64,000 bases of DNA from Eledone cirrhosa (lineage: Eukaryota), in contig OZ024740.1 in the NCBI GenBank assembly GCA_964016885.1, forward strand, positions 280,674,001-280,738,000, in the 5' to 3' direction. Below the pieces are notes generated by a model. It was not told where the DNA came from. It worked only from the letters and a program-made list of their open reading frames with translations, and searched no databases. Positions 42,906-56,770 of the stretch are shown here, one piece after another (the first letter of the stretch is position 1; each line of letters opens with the position of its first letter). The translations under genes were made by a program, and so were the position numbers.

Positions 42906-43066
42906 TTCTACTATTGGCACAAGGCCAGCAAATAACCAATACATTACTGGTACTTTATTTTATCGACCCCGTAAGGATGAAAGGCAAAGTTAACCTCGGC
43001 GGGATTTGAACTCAGACCATAAAGGGCCGTAACTCTTTGCTGCAAAGCTACCGATACTGCCAATCC

Positions 43067-43112
<46 letters not shown>

Positions 43113-43256
43113 CAATGATGATAATAATAATAATAATAATTGTTTCTACCTTTGGCACAAGGCCAGCAATTACCTAGTACATTACTGGTACTTTATTTTA
43201 TCGACCCTGTGAGGATGAAAGGCAAAGTTGACCTCGGCGGGATTTGAACTCAGAAT
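42906..43256 (-). mobile_element. Two Deu/Nin SINE copies within (AAT)n
   Basis: SINE cores at 42906-43067 and 43139-43256. Confidence 0.85.
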
Positions 43257-43259
43257 GGA

Positions 43260-43312
<53 letters not shown>

Positions 43313-43770
43313 GAAGAAGAAGAAGAAGAAAACAGAAGAAAAAAGAAGAAAAAAGAAGAAAAAAGAAGAAGAAAAAGGAGAAAGAAGAAAAAAGGAAGAA
43401 GAAAAAGAAAAAGAAGTAAAAAGAAGGAAAAGAAGAAGAAGAAGAAGAAGAAGAAGAATCAATTTGGAAGGTCAGTGGTTTTTATTGCTGATGCTAAAGA
43501 ACATTGACTGCCTTAGTGCAATACAATTAAAATTAGATAAACTTACATAGTGACATCAACTTCCCAGAACTTCCTATTTTCTATGCTTAAAAATATTCTG
43601 AACTCCAGAATTAAATGCCAAAATTGTAAGGTGTAACTATCCTTTACGACCCTATCTTATTTATTATCTTCCTTCTTCCATTTACACATACACACTTAAA
43701 TATGCATATGCGTGTATATGCGTATTTATGGGTACACACAGATACACACATACGCGCGCACACACACACA

Positions 43771-43840
<70 letters not shown>

Positions 43841-43994
43841 CATATGATTGTGTGTTTGTGAGTGTGTATAGTATGAGTCAATGTTTCATATGTTTTCGTA
43901 AAAACCTTTCCCTTCTGACATTCCTCCATCGGGTGCACTGCAAAATGTCACACCCATTGAAGTCAATGGTCACTGACCATCCGGTACTTTTCTC

Positions 43995-44026
43995 TATATA
44001 AGCTTGCTTGACCTTACTGATTCAGT
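43995..44026 (+). promoter_or_regulatory. TATA box + initiator of VWA gene 2
   Basis: TATATAAG at 43995 and TCAGT (Inr-like) at 44022-44026, about 29 nt apart; ATG at 44060. Confidence 0.65.
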
Positions 44027-44059
44027 AGTCTTCATCTGACGAACGAGTCTGCATCGAAA

Positions 44060-44104
44060 ATGTCGCTTGTATTCTTTGCGTTCATCTCGGTTCTTCTTCT
44101 CATG
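44060..44104 (+). CDS. VWA gene 2 coding exon 1 (signal peptide MSLVFFAFISVLLLM)
   Basis: AAAATG start, hydrophobic core, donor ATG|GTAAGT in phase 0; mirrors gene 1 exon 1. Confidence 0.75.
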
Positions 44105-45467
44105 GTAAGTAAGCAAATTTAATTTCAACGCTACTTCGATTATAAAAAAGGCACACACACACACACACACGCATACACAGACACAGACACACACACACAC
44201 ACACGCATACACACACACACACACACACACACACGCATACACACACACAAACACACACACCCACAGACACAAACACACACACATTTATTCTTTTGACGGT
44301 TTCAGTCCTTCAACTGTGGCCATGCTGAGGCTCCGCTACCAGTCATGTACTTGGGTCGATTCTTCCTCTATAGTTCTTTATCACTGCCATTCTTTCACTC
44401 TCTCAATCTTTCTCTTGAAGAAATCTGCTGTATTCAAATCTGATGAGGATTGGGCCCCACCAGGTTTTAAAATACCCTAGTAACTCCATAAGTCAATAGG
44501 GTGCTCCTACGACTCCCTCCGTAGCTACGGGACCATGCCTGCATTCATAGAACTAAACAACGATATATCTAGCTAAATATGCATACCTTTCATATCATGA
44601 AAATTGAGACAGTTACTTACAAGCTTCAGCGTAAGCTCGTTTTTTTTTTTTTACTCGAATTACCTTCCCAGAGTTTGGCTAAATAAATCCCTCTATTGTG
44701 ACACTAAATTTACGAACCCTATTATCCGAGTACCTCCCTAAAATTAAAAACAGGCTTTCTTCTTATTTCATTCTACACTAAACCCTATCGATGAAAATAC
44801 TTTCTCTTCTTTCCCCGTAACTTCTGATGGAGTCATATGAGTGCTGTATCGACATACGGCGTTTCTAGGTAATTTTAAAACACGGTGGAGCCCATCTCCT
44901 CTCCAAGTCTGAATACAGCAGATTTCATCCAGAGAAGGATAGAGAGTGAGAGAATGAAAGTGAGAAAGAGAGGCAGTGGAAGAATCAACACAGGTACCTT
45001 GAATGGATGAAAGGCAAAGTTGACTTCGGTGGAGTTTGAACTCAGAGACAGCGAGTTGAAACAAATACCGCAAAACGTTCTGTCCGACGTTCAAATGATT
45101 CTCCCAATTTGCCACCGTGAAAATACTTTGCAGGGTTAATTTACCAATATCTTGAGTTAATTGGTTATTCATATACTTTAATCTAGTTCGTCTTAATGTC
45201 AACATTCAACGTGTGTTAACTATATAACCGGACATCTTCGTAAACGGCTTCTATTCAGAGCAAACAAACTGAAGTACAATGTTGGGTCCTTTGCTGGTTT
45301 TAACGATTCAATTGTTTGACCAACTGAACGTTTGGCTTGAGAAATAACATGTAAGTGGTTGAGTATTCCACAGATACGTGTACTTTTAACATAATTCACA
45401 AGCCGAATCAGTGTGGCACAATATATCACAAAACCATCCGATGGGCTTCCACTCAGTTTCACTCACA

Positions 45468-46190
45468 AGGCTGAGTGGTTAAGACGTTTTCTTCGCAATC
45501 ATGTGGTTTCGGGTTCAATCCCGCTTCGTGGTATCTTGAGCAAGTTTCTTTACTATTTGAATTGAGACTCAACGACAGAAAGATCAACGGAAACGTAGTT
45601 TTATTAGTTCGATCTGATGATCGGCTATTTCCTCTGTTTGCCATAACCTACAAAAGGATCTAACGGCTTATTCATAAACTCGATGTCACCATACGCCGAA
45701 CCGAGATTCTCAAACTGTATACCCACCCTTGGAACAATTTTTTACCAGTTGGTCTGACTTAGCTCCTAGGCAAATATTAAATCCTTCACTCATATAGACA
45801 TCAATATATAACTGAGAAGGTATAGACAGATCCAGAGGGTATAATGTAGAATAAATGGAGGCTCGTAGCTTATAGTGCTTACGTGGTTATAGTGCTACGT
45901 TCACAATCGTTAGGTCATGAATTTTATTCCCGGCAGTCTGTTGTGGCCTTAACTGAGAAAGTGATTTTATGTCACGTTGCTCCCGTCCACTCAGCTGGAA
46001 CTGAAACTGAACAGACGAAAACTGCTGGCCAGATCGTCGGATAGACTGTCTATAAATCCAAGGGCAAGTCTTGCCACCATTGTGTAACGCAGAATTTCCT
46101 AGGGAATTACGTTAAAGATACACGTGTTTCTAGAATGCTCACCCACTTACAGGTAATTTCATGAGTGGACAGTTCCATTGACTAAACAAC
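45468..46190 (+). mobile_element. Two old Meta-like tRNA-SINE remnants (45468-45560, 45870-46190)
   Basis: GGCTGAGTGGTTAAG...GGTTCAATCCC...TCTTGAGCAAG, and a second degraded head with TCACGTTGCTCC. Confidence 0.5.
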
Positions 46191-46434
46191 TGGAACACTC
46201 ATCGTCGAAACCCACAAAAGTCAATTCTATTCAGGTTTGTGCTTTAGTAACAAACTACTATGGTACAGGACAACAATGGATCTTATGCTTGCTTGTTCGA
46301 CCATACTCATATCATATCCTACCGTCTTAAGAAACAGACAGATATTGGACAATGTAATTATACACATATATAAAAATAAGATATTCATTGTTGGAGCGCC
46401 ATTGATTTATTCGACCAGAAATTTCCTGGAGCTG

Positions 46435-46893
46435 AACAACATCAACAACGGCAACAACAACAGCGGCAACAACAACAACAGCAACAAACACAAGAACAAC
46501 AACAACAGCAACGACGACAGCAGCAGCAACAGCAACAACAACAACAGCAACAGCAACAAACCAAACAACAACAACAACAGCAACAAACCAAACAACAACA
46601 ACAACAGCAGAAGCAACAACAACAACAACAAACCCAACAACAACAACAACGGCAACAGCAGCAACAACAGCAACAACAACAACAGCGACAACAACAACAG
46701 CGACAACAACAACGACAATAGCAGCAGCAACAACGACAACAACAGCAACAACAGCAACAACATCAGCGTCAACAACAACAACAACAACAACAGCAACGAC
46801 AACAGCGTCAACACCAGCAGCAACAACAACAAAAACAACAACAGCAACAACAGCAACAACAACAATAGCGACAACAACAACAACAACAACAAC
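46435..46893. repeat. Degenerate (AAC/AGC)n microsatellite in gene 2 intron 1
   Basis: Continuous AAC/AGC/GAC triplets. Confidence 0.9.
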
Positions 46894-47460
46894 CACTTCT
46901 AGAAGGTTTACGCATTTCTAAACCAGCAATTTAAAAAGTATTCAAGTAGCCCTTTCCACAAGATGACACAGTAAGAGGAAAACACGGAAGTTTGATAACA
47001 TGTGACAATCTATATAAGTTTCCAGTATTCAATAACAAACTGGGACGGAAATTATCTTCTGTCTGAAGCGGCTTTCAGAGTTTCAAATTGTTTTAAGTTT
47101 AATTCTAATTTTCATTAGATTTCCACTTCCATATTACTATATATACATATATAGTGAGAAAGAGAGGCAGTGGAAGAATTAACACAGGTACCTTGAATGG
47201 ATGAAAGGCAAAGTTGACTTCGGTGGAGTTTGAACTCAGAGACAGCGAGTTGAAACGAATACCGCAAAACATTCTGTCCGACGTTCAAATGATTCTGCCA
47301 ATTTGCCACCGTGAAAATACTTTACAGGGTTAATCTACCAATATCTTGAGTTAATTGATTATTCATATACTTTAATCTAGTTCGTCTTAATGTCAACACT
47401 CAACGTGTGTTAACTATATAACCGAACATCTTCGTAAACGGCTTCACTTCTATACATATA

Positions 47461-48074
47461 TCTATATATCTATATATCTAAAACAGAGAATGTCTGTCTG
47501 TCTGTCTCCCTAAAACTCGAGAACCGCCCAACCGATTGTTTTCAAACTGTACACATGTAATACTTATGGTCCTGTGAATGTTTTGAGCAAAAAGAATTTC
47601 AAATTTTCAATGCCCTAGGGACCGCATTTGGCGCCGGTTAGCGATCTCTCTCTATAATTCTTAGTCTTTCTTTTTAGATAGATACATAGATATAACGTTG
47701 CGCCCTTATAATATCTGTCTGTATGTCTGATGTCTGCATTACGACATTATGACGCTATACGTGTGTGTATATATGTATATATATAGTGTGTGTATATATA
47801 TATATATAGTGTGTAACGTTTTTAGAAATATTTACTTCTGCGTTTCAGAAGATCCCATTAAGGGTGAAAGCAGCGATTCTTTGCTTAAACTTTAATCTGT
47901 TATTTTAATATATATATATATATAATTATATATTCGTGTACAGATATGTTTGCATACACAATAACAAAATATATACAAACGTATTTATTTCACGAGGCTC
48001 GATAAGGATAAATATATATCAAATATATAAGAAGCCTAGAGCAAATCCCGAGCAACGCCGGGCCATTCTGCTAG
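47461..48074 (+). mobile_element. Non-autonomous Helitron
   Basis: 5' TC after A (TCTATATATC...AAAACAGAGAATGTCTGTCTG); 3' hairpin CCCGAGCAACGCCGGG then CTAG before T; no TSD. Confidence 0.75.
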
Positions 48075-48080
48075 TATATA

Positions 48081-48266
<186 letters not shown>

Positions 48267-48290
48267 TTATATATATATATTATATTTTAA

Positions 48291-48400
48291 CAGTTTCCGA
48301 AGATCTAATAGAGTTAACATCGTATTTAAAATTGAGTGGCACTGCTTTCAGTGTTCAGCAATTTTTAGACAACTTTATCAGTGAAACAATTGTTAGACTG
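48291..48400 (+). ncRNA. Variant (CCGAAGA) hammerhead-like motif with long stem II
   Basis: CAGTTT-CCGAAGA-TCTAATAGAGTT...AACTTTATCAGT-GAAAC-AATT-GT-T-AGACTG. Confidence 0.6.
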
Positions 48401-49112
48401 CAAATAAATCCCTTTTTTGTACTTTGACCATGTTATTCTCCACTTTTTCAATTTTATATATTTATATATATATACACACTCACTCACACACACGTGCACA
48501 CGCACACACACACACATATATATATCCAAAATTATTCCCTGTGATTGTTTCATGTATTTATTTTATATATATATATGTCAATCTATTTCTAGTTGATATG
48601 TAATGCTCGGATCTAATCTTTGAGCTTATTCTACGGTGGATATGGCGCATGTCTCTCAGACATGACAACCCTTAATTTTAATTTTGGATATATATACGGC
48701 CCTTTAATTGTTGAGCTAATTCAGTTGAATAGGCTCGGCTGCTATTTCTGGCTGTCGATGGTCCTATTCACGCCACTGGGGTGACGTTGTTCAACGAGTG
48801 TATTTTTAAAAAAATGCAACACGTTGTTCGAATCATTCACAGATTTGCATTTGCTTTGTAAACGCAGATGGTTATTATTCTTCTCCTTTGGTGACCAGCC
48901 AAGAATTTAACTGCTGTGATTTACAGATTAATAGGTGAAATATATTTCTTACTTAAAGAAATATATACAAAGGAGATTAATCATTTTAAAAGGTATCTAT
49001 ATTTGAAGTTCTAGTCAAACTTTAATTAGTTACCTACCTAGCTATGTGTGCCTACATTCTTTACAAATTATTCCCTGTGATTGTTTCATGTATTTATTAT
49101 ATATATATATGT

Positions 49113-49301
49113 AGGGTGGTGGATTGGCAGTATCGGTAGAGGGTCGGACGCCATGCTTTCCAGCATAGTTACGTCCCTTTACGATCTGAGTTCAAATCCC
49201 GCCGAGGTTGACTTTGCCTTTCATCCTTACGGGGTCGATAAAATAAAGTACCAGTAATGCACTGGGTAATTGCTGGCCTTGTGCCTAAAGTAGAAACAAT
49301 T
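49113..49301 (+). mobile_element. Full-length Deu/Nin SINE with TSD
   Basis: Flanked by TTATATATATATATGT on both sides; further copies at 52230-52403(-) and 52419-52605(-). Confidence 0.9.
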
Positions 49302-49602
49302 ATATATATATATGTCAATCTATTTCTAGTTGATATATATATATATATATATTTAGGTGGCGAATTGGTAGAATCGTCAGACGTCGGCTCTCTGCTTTCT
49401 GCGTTCAAATTCCAACTCCAGTATCGATCTGCTCGTCAGACTGGTACCAACACCAGTAATTTTCTGTATTACCCACACTATATTACACATTACTTGCACA
49501 TATTTCAGCATACACTTCCAACATCTAGTGCAGAGTAGAAAAGCCATTTATATTAGGACCCCTTTAGAACGCACATATACATACACAGACATACTCGTAC
49601 GT

Positions 49603-49645
<43 letters not shown>

Positions 49646-49646
49646 G

Positions 49647-49861
49647 AGGACGATCGACTTTCGTCAAACCGGACCGAGGGAACAATGTTTCCGTTGGTCT
49701 TTCCAATTGCTAATACTATCTATCGGTCGCAACTCCAGGTAGAAGGAGCAACGTGAAATAAAGTGTCTTGCTCAAGGACATAACGCATCGCCTGGTCCAG
49801 GAATCGAACTCACAACCTTACGATTGCGAATCCAATTCTCTAACCACTCAGCCACACGCCT

Positions 49862-49864
<3 letters not shown>
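49647..49864 (-). mobile_element. Meta-like tRNA-SINE
   Basis: Minus strand TGGCTGAGTGG...GAGTTCGATTCC...TGTCCTTGAGCAAGACACTTTA. Confidence 0.8.
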
Positions 49865-49893
<29 letters not shown>

Positions 49894-50779
49894 TTAGACA
49901 TACATGCATACATACACTCGTACATATATATATATAAAGGCACTGAAGTTGAGCATGAAATAGTATGAAAGAATATAATATATTTAAATTATAACAACAT
50001 TTTATTAACTTAACCAGCTGTTTACGCCGTACATGAAACTTAATTAGGTTTTCTAACGTAAAACTTATAATTTAGTAATCAAATTAAATTGAGATCTATA
50101 TTTTATTAGGTTTAATATTCTATACTTTTATAAGTAAAAAAAAGAAAATATTTGATATTTGGGAATTAAGAAGTAGTATAAAAAAGTATAAAGATATATA
50201 TATATGAAAGTAATAACAGAATTGGATTGTTTGAACTGCAAGAAACACAGGAGTATGTGGTTTGGAGGAAGCCTATACACGAATTGTTTATTGTTTTTTT
50301 AAATATATAGTAAGGTTGGATAAGTATATTAAGTTGGGTTTAATGTAATTCTAAGGAGTTGGTAGTAAATTATTATCGGAAGTTTGTATATAGGATTTGA
50401 TTATTGATTTTTGTTATGATTACGGCTGGATTAACAACTGCGCAGGAATACTGGGGGAGATAAATACATTGAGGTGAGATAAAAACTTTTGGTCTGGCGG
50501 CAAGATGACTATTGTTTAGTGTTGGCCAAAATTAGTGTATTGGACAATAATATTATAACAAAATTAATATAATTTAGCTGGAGGTTTTTCTGTAGAACTT
50601 GACAATGTGGTAAAATTAAACCAAAAAGTAAATTGAGGTGCTAAAAATGTGTTTGCTCTCTTTTTGAACACTATCTAGAGCAGGTTTTTGTCTTCAATTA
50701 TTGTCATCATTATGTGACCCCCAGAGCCTTGCCTCTTCAACTTTTCTCGTATTTCGGAAGACTTCCTTTTGTATCACAA

Positions 50780-51950
50780 GACAAGCAAATACCGAGGATT
50801 GTTCGGCTGCTTCCTCTATGCACCAGTTGCCGTCAAGACCTTAGGTGTCCTCGGACTCCGTACAGCCGAGCTCCTCCGTAAGATAGCAGCCAGTCTGAGG
50901 AAAGATTTCCGCCAGGTGGAGTGGCTGTTACAGCAGGTGTCATTGGCCATTGTCCGCTTTTGTAGTTGTGTCCGCGCAGAGCGGCCGAAACACTGCCCCG
51001 GCACGGACGTAGAATCTGTCACCCGCTCCATCTCCCCCCCCCCACCCTCTGTTTCTATCTTGCCTAATAGTTAGTCCTTTGATAATTTAGGCAATTAGTG
51101 GTTTGACTAGTACAATAAGGTTCGGTTTTAGAGGGTCGCTGAAACTTTGTTCTACATATTTTCTTCCCCTCCTCCTTCTCCACGATCTCTTTCTCCACCT
51201 CCGCACCGATTATCCCTCCTTCTCCTCCTCCTCCAACCCCACACCCATCGTCGTCCCCCCCTCCCTCTCCTTCTTTACCCTCCCCACACCCAACAGAGGT
51301 TCATTCAGCAGCAAACATTCGTTCGAAATATCCGGCTTCGAACTTGCCACTAAGAGACTGCGAGTTACAAGGATACAGTAGCAGTAGACAACACTGCAGT
51401 GTCACGTAATCTTAAAAGAGGAAGGTCACTTGACAAACGTTTAGAGCGGAAATCATGAAGAGGATAGAACAAAGAGATGTTGACGACCTAAAAAATATGC
51501 TCTCGCCTAGTCTTTATAAATAAATTAACCAAAAAATTCAAAAGCCAGAAGCCAAACCTTATTTAGTAAGAACAAAAAAAGTGGAGGGAGGGGGGGGGGG
51601 GCGGGGGCGGACAAAAGGAAATAGAGAATAGGGAAATATAGAAAGAAAAAAAGAGCGAAAGAAAGAAGAAAAAGAACGGGGAAGGGAGGGGATGGCAAGA
51701 ACTCTGGTGTCGCAGAAGCGAGGGTGGTGGTGAGTGGGGAGGTTGATTGGCTTTGAACCTAGGGCAAGCATAGGGTGTAAGACGGTAAAAGCATTCTCCC
51801 CGACAATGGCCAGTGACACCCGCTGTAACATCCACCCAACCTCGCGAGGGGTCCCTCATCAGACGGGCCACCGACGCTCCGGTTTTGCGGAGGAGCTCGG
51901 CAGTACGAGGTCCCAGTACGACTGAGGTCTCGACGGTGACCGGTAACAAA
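50780..51950. mobile_element. Two CRE-like endonuclease-tail fragments in opposite orientation (50780-51040 plus, 51720-51950 minus)
   Basis: PVAVKTLGVLG.RTAELLRKI...WLLQQVSLAIV and PVTVETSVVLGPRTAELLRK...LQRVSLAIVGENA; another CRE fragment at 27050-27130. Confidence 0.7.
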
Positions 51951-52902
51951 GTGAATCAATTATTTATTTAAAATTTTAATAAACAATGCCTGAGGCAAGA
52001 ATATTTATTTCAAAAAATCTTATTAATAGAATGTCGCAACACAAAAGGGGCTATGGATTTTCTAGATTTTTTATCCAGATACTGGTGTGAGTGGTAATCT
52101 TAAGACGAGGAAAAAATAAGACATTTAAGTAATTATGAATCACTACGGACAACTGACGCTGCACACCAGGTCCGAATACAGAAGAGCCGAACTCCCATTG
52201 TCATCGCCTCCATCTCTTTCTAATTATAATAATTGTTTCTACATTTGGCATAAGACCAGCAATTACCCAGTACATTACTGGTACTTTATTTTATCGACCC
52301 CGTAAGGATGAAAGGCAAAGCTAACCTCGGCGGGATTTGAACTCAGATCGTAAAGGGACGTAACTATGCTGGAAAGCATGGCGTCCTACTCTCTACCGAT
52401 ACTCTTTCTAATAATAATAATTGTTTCTACTTTTGGCACAAGGCCAGCAATTAACCAGTGTATTAATGGTACTTTATTTTATCGACCCCGTAAGGATGAA
52501 AGGCAAAGTTAATCTCGGCTGGATTTGAACTCAGAATGGCAAGGGCCGTAACTCTATGCGTCAAAGCATGGCGTCCGACCCTCTACCGATACTGCCAATC
52601 CACCGCTCTTTCTAATAATAATAATAATAATAATACACACACACACACATATATATATATTTACACACACACACATATATATATATATACACATGTATTA
52701 TATATACACATTATTTGAGGCCCTACTTGGTCACGAACAACCATGGTTTTGCACGTAGAAATTTCCCTCTGAGGCACAAGTGCTCAATGGACTAGGAAGA
52801 AGCCAGAGCAATTAACATACGTTATAAGGACCAGACACATTATAAAATTGTTTATATTTATGTAAGAATATTTTCAAAACAGCGAGTGGGTTTGAAATTA
52901 TT

Positions 52903-53043
52903 ATAAATGTAAGCTATCGCCGTATTTTGACTAAAGAAATTAAAGAAATTATTTAGCCTGCTACTGGGGTTCTTAACCCCACTAGCAGGCTAAATAATTT
53001 CTTTAATTTCTTTAGTCAAAATACGGCGATAGCTTACGTTTAT
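52903..53043. repeat. Long near-perfect fold-back palindrome
   Basis: About 67-bp arms AAGCTATCGCCGTATTTTGACTAAAG...GGGGTT and AACCCC...CGGCGATAGCTT around a CTT loop. Confidence 0.9.
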
Positions 53044-53134
53044 ATTTATATTTATATTTATATATATATGGTAATGGAATAATTATATTGTGTTGTTTAT
53101 TATGTAATTAAATATATATGCATATGTATATATA

Positions 53135-53458
53135 TGGTGGCTGCCAACTCGTTTTCGAGTACGGCCACTACTTTATATCCATGTAGGAGAACCCCTACCG
53201 ATGCGCTGAACGAGTGTGACTTTTTAGTTCAGCCAGCGACCTGAAAACTCTGGTACAAACACTACACTTGTGACAATTATTGTCACATAGTGCTGGGCCC
53301 TTGGTACCATGTGATGACAAGTGCAGAGAGATCTCCAGATATAAAGCAATGCCTGAGCCGTATCCAATGATGGTATCCAATGATGTTGACTTGTTCTTCT
53401 TTTTGGTAAATATCATCTTGGTTAAGAGAGTGGGACTGGCTTTGTGCAGTGCCTTTGC

Positions 53459-53465
<7 letters not shown>
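53135..53465 (-). mobile_element. RTE-like 3' fragment with 5' inversion
   Basis: Matches 21771-21990; 53363-53465 is inverted relative to 22005-22090. Confidence 0.7.
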
Positions 53466-53535
<70 letters not shown>

Positions 53536-54105
53536 ATACTTGGGGAGGGTCATATTTGCGTAATATTGCCAGAATTAATAACAGAACACACTCACTGTTT
53601 GGTTGGTTTTCGCTTCTCGCTGTCTTTTATATCTGCGATCTAACTTACTCGGTCCTCAATGTTGCCATTGACTGACCGACGGTAAACAATAATACAGATA
53701 CAATATAGGCACAAACACATATATATAGTTTACTTAATTTACATAAATCTTTCGTTGCACATCTGCAACATCGTCAGTGGTGTTATATTTTTTTTTCCTT
53801 TTTTCCTCATGTTGTGTTGTATGTCTACGCCATTTTTTTTATTCAGTCTGTCTATATATTTATTTATTTTTTTGCTTGTTTGTTTCTTTTATTTTATTTT
53901 GTCTTCTTTGCGCATGCGTTTGCGTTTGTGTATAGTGTTATGTGTGCTGTGTGACTAGTGTGTATAGTGTTGTGTCTGCTGGGTGACTAGTGTGTGTTAA
54001 TGTGCTTGTTGTTATTGTGCTTGTGTATGTATTTATTTATCTTATTTTATTTAATTTAATTTATTTCATATAAAAAACCTCGTTAAACTAATTCATCGCC
54101 GCTAT

Positions 54106-54150
<45 letters not shown>

Positions 54151-54454
54151 CACACGCATATATATATATATATATGTGTGTGTGTATGTGTATGTGCGTC
54201 TAAGTGTGTGTATATCTGTATGTGTATGTATCTAACCTCACACATCATATACAAGCCTCAAACAGTCGGACTCATGCACCTGTTTTGTTACTGAAGTAAA
54301 CACCGACGCCAATGACATTTTGAACTCCATTAGTGCCATAGAAGTTATCTTCTTTTCTACAAGGATATTTATAGATATGAATTAAAAGTTTCAAATGAAT
54401 GTGTGAGAAGGCGAGACAGAGAGAGGGATAGAGGGAGGGATAGAGAGAGGATAG

Positions 54455-54490
<36 letters not shown>

Positions 54491-54494
<4 letters not shown>

Positions 54495-54900
54495 GATATA
54501 TTAACAAATGGAAACTATATTTATAAAACCATATTTATTTCATTATACATATTTCAAGGACACCAAGTTAAATTATGGTGTGCTTTCATCAGATAAAATA
54601 TAATATAGAGCAGTTTTATAAATAAATATTGACATACCCTTAAAATATGCCACCATTACTGTTGGAAGCTCCCGGATAGTATCTATTTATAAAACTGCTC
54701 TATATTATATTTTATCTGATGAAAGCACACCATAATTTAACTTGGTGTCCTTGAAATATGTATAATGAAATAAATATGGTTTTATAAATATAGTTTCCAT
54801 TTGTTAATATATCGTATTTTTACTCCAATAATTTGTTGAGTGCTTTATATCAGTTATAAAAATATTTGCTTGTCGTATCCCAACAATTTAAATTGAAATT
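54491..54900. mobile_element. Short PLE-type insertion with 134-bp inverted arms, each carrying a hammerhead (54536-54600 minus, 54708-54772 plus)
   Basis: TATTTTAT-CTGATGA-AAGCACACCA-loop-TGGTGTCCTT-GAAAT-ATGT-AT-A-ATGAAATA; flanked by (TA)n. Confidence 0.8.
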
Positions 54901-54901
54901 C

Positions 54902-54984
<83 letters not shown>

Positions 54985-55071
54985 TGCTCCAAGATAGAAA
55001 TCATATAACACAACTTGCAAAATAATGTCTATTAATTTTATCCTAATTTTAATTTCTAAACGCTTTTTCAG

Positions 55072-55096
55072 GTCGACACAAGCCAAGCACTTAAAA
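55072..55096 (+). CDS. VWA gene 2 exon 2 (VDTSQALK)
   Basis: Branch-like CCTAAT, acceptor CTTTTTCAG, donor A|GTAATT, phase 0 to 1; gives S-Q-A signal cleavage and A+GA = Arg joining the VWA exon. Confidence 0.7.
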
Positions 55097-55139
55097 GTAA
55101 TTATACATATTTTTATTTTTTTTATTTCTTTTATATGTG

Positions 55140-56192
<1,053 letters not shown>

Positions 56193-56770
56193 CAGGAAAG
56201 AAGAGTGACACGGTTTGCTATACAAAAAAGGTTTTTAATCTCATTGCTGACAATTGTTTCTCTGAACTGGTCGGTCTAGAGATCGCTAGCCACTTATTTT
56301 CACGTCATTCGATCACCAATACAAAGTTATAACCAGTCAATTCATCGGAGCTTGTGAGAATGAAAAGAATATACAGGCATGGCTACTATATATAGTAGTA
56401 ATGGCTTTCAATCAGAACAATAACAACAATATTAACAATGCTAGCAATACATTATTTGAAATAATCACAACATCAATCTAGGTGGGAAGTATAGTATATC
56501 TACGATTTTAGCGTGTAAAACTAGCTGACATGAGGCAGATGTATAAAATTGACATGTAAAAGCTATCATATATCTAGTGTAAAGATAAGCCGGTGGCTTT
56601 AAACAATGTAGTTCTGGTGGCCGTAAGATGAAGAATTTATCACTGTAGTGAGGATAGTACTATTTGTGTGGTCTATATTAGATGAAAGGGTTGTCTAGCT
56701 TTCTCATCATCAATAACATACATGTATAAGACAACATTAACAGAGTAGCAATATAATGGGCAAGTTAATA

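Noticed and set aside
46237-46902. Asn-rich 221-aa ORF and antisense poly-Val/poly-Leu ORFs
   Set aside because: Stop-free (AAC)n repeat inside an intron, with no convincing start or splice context
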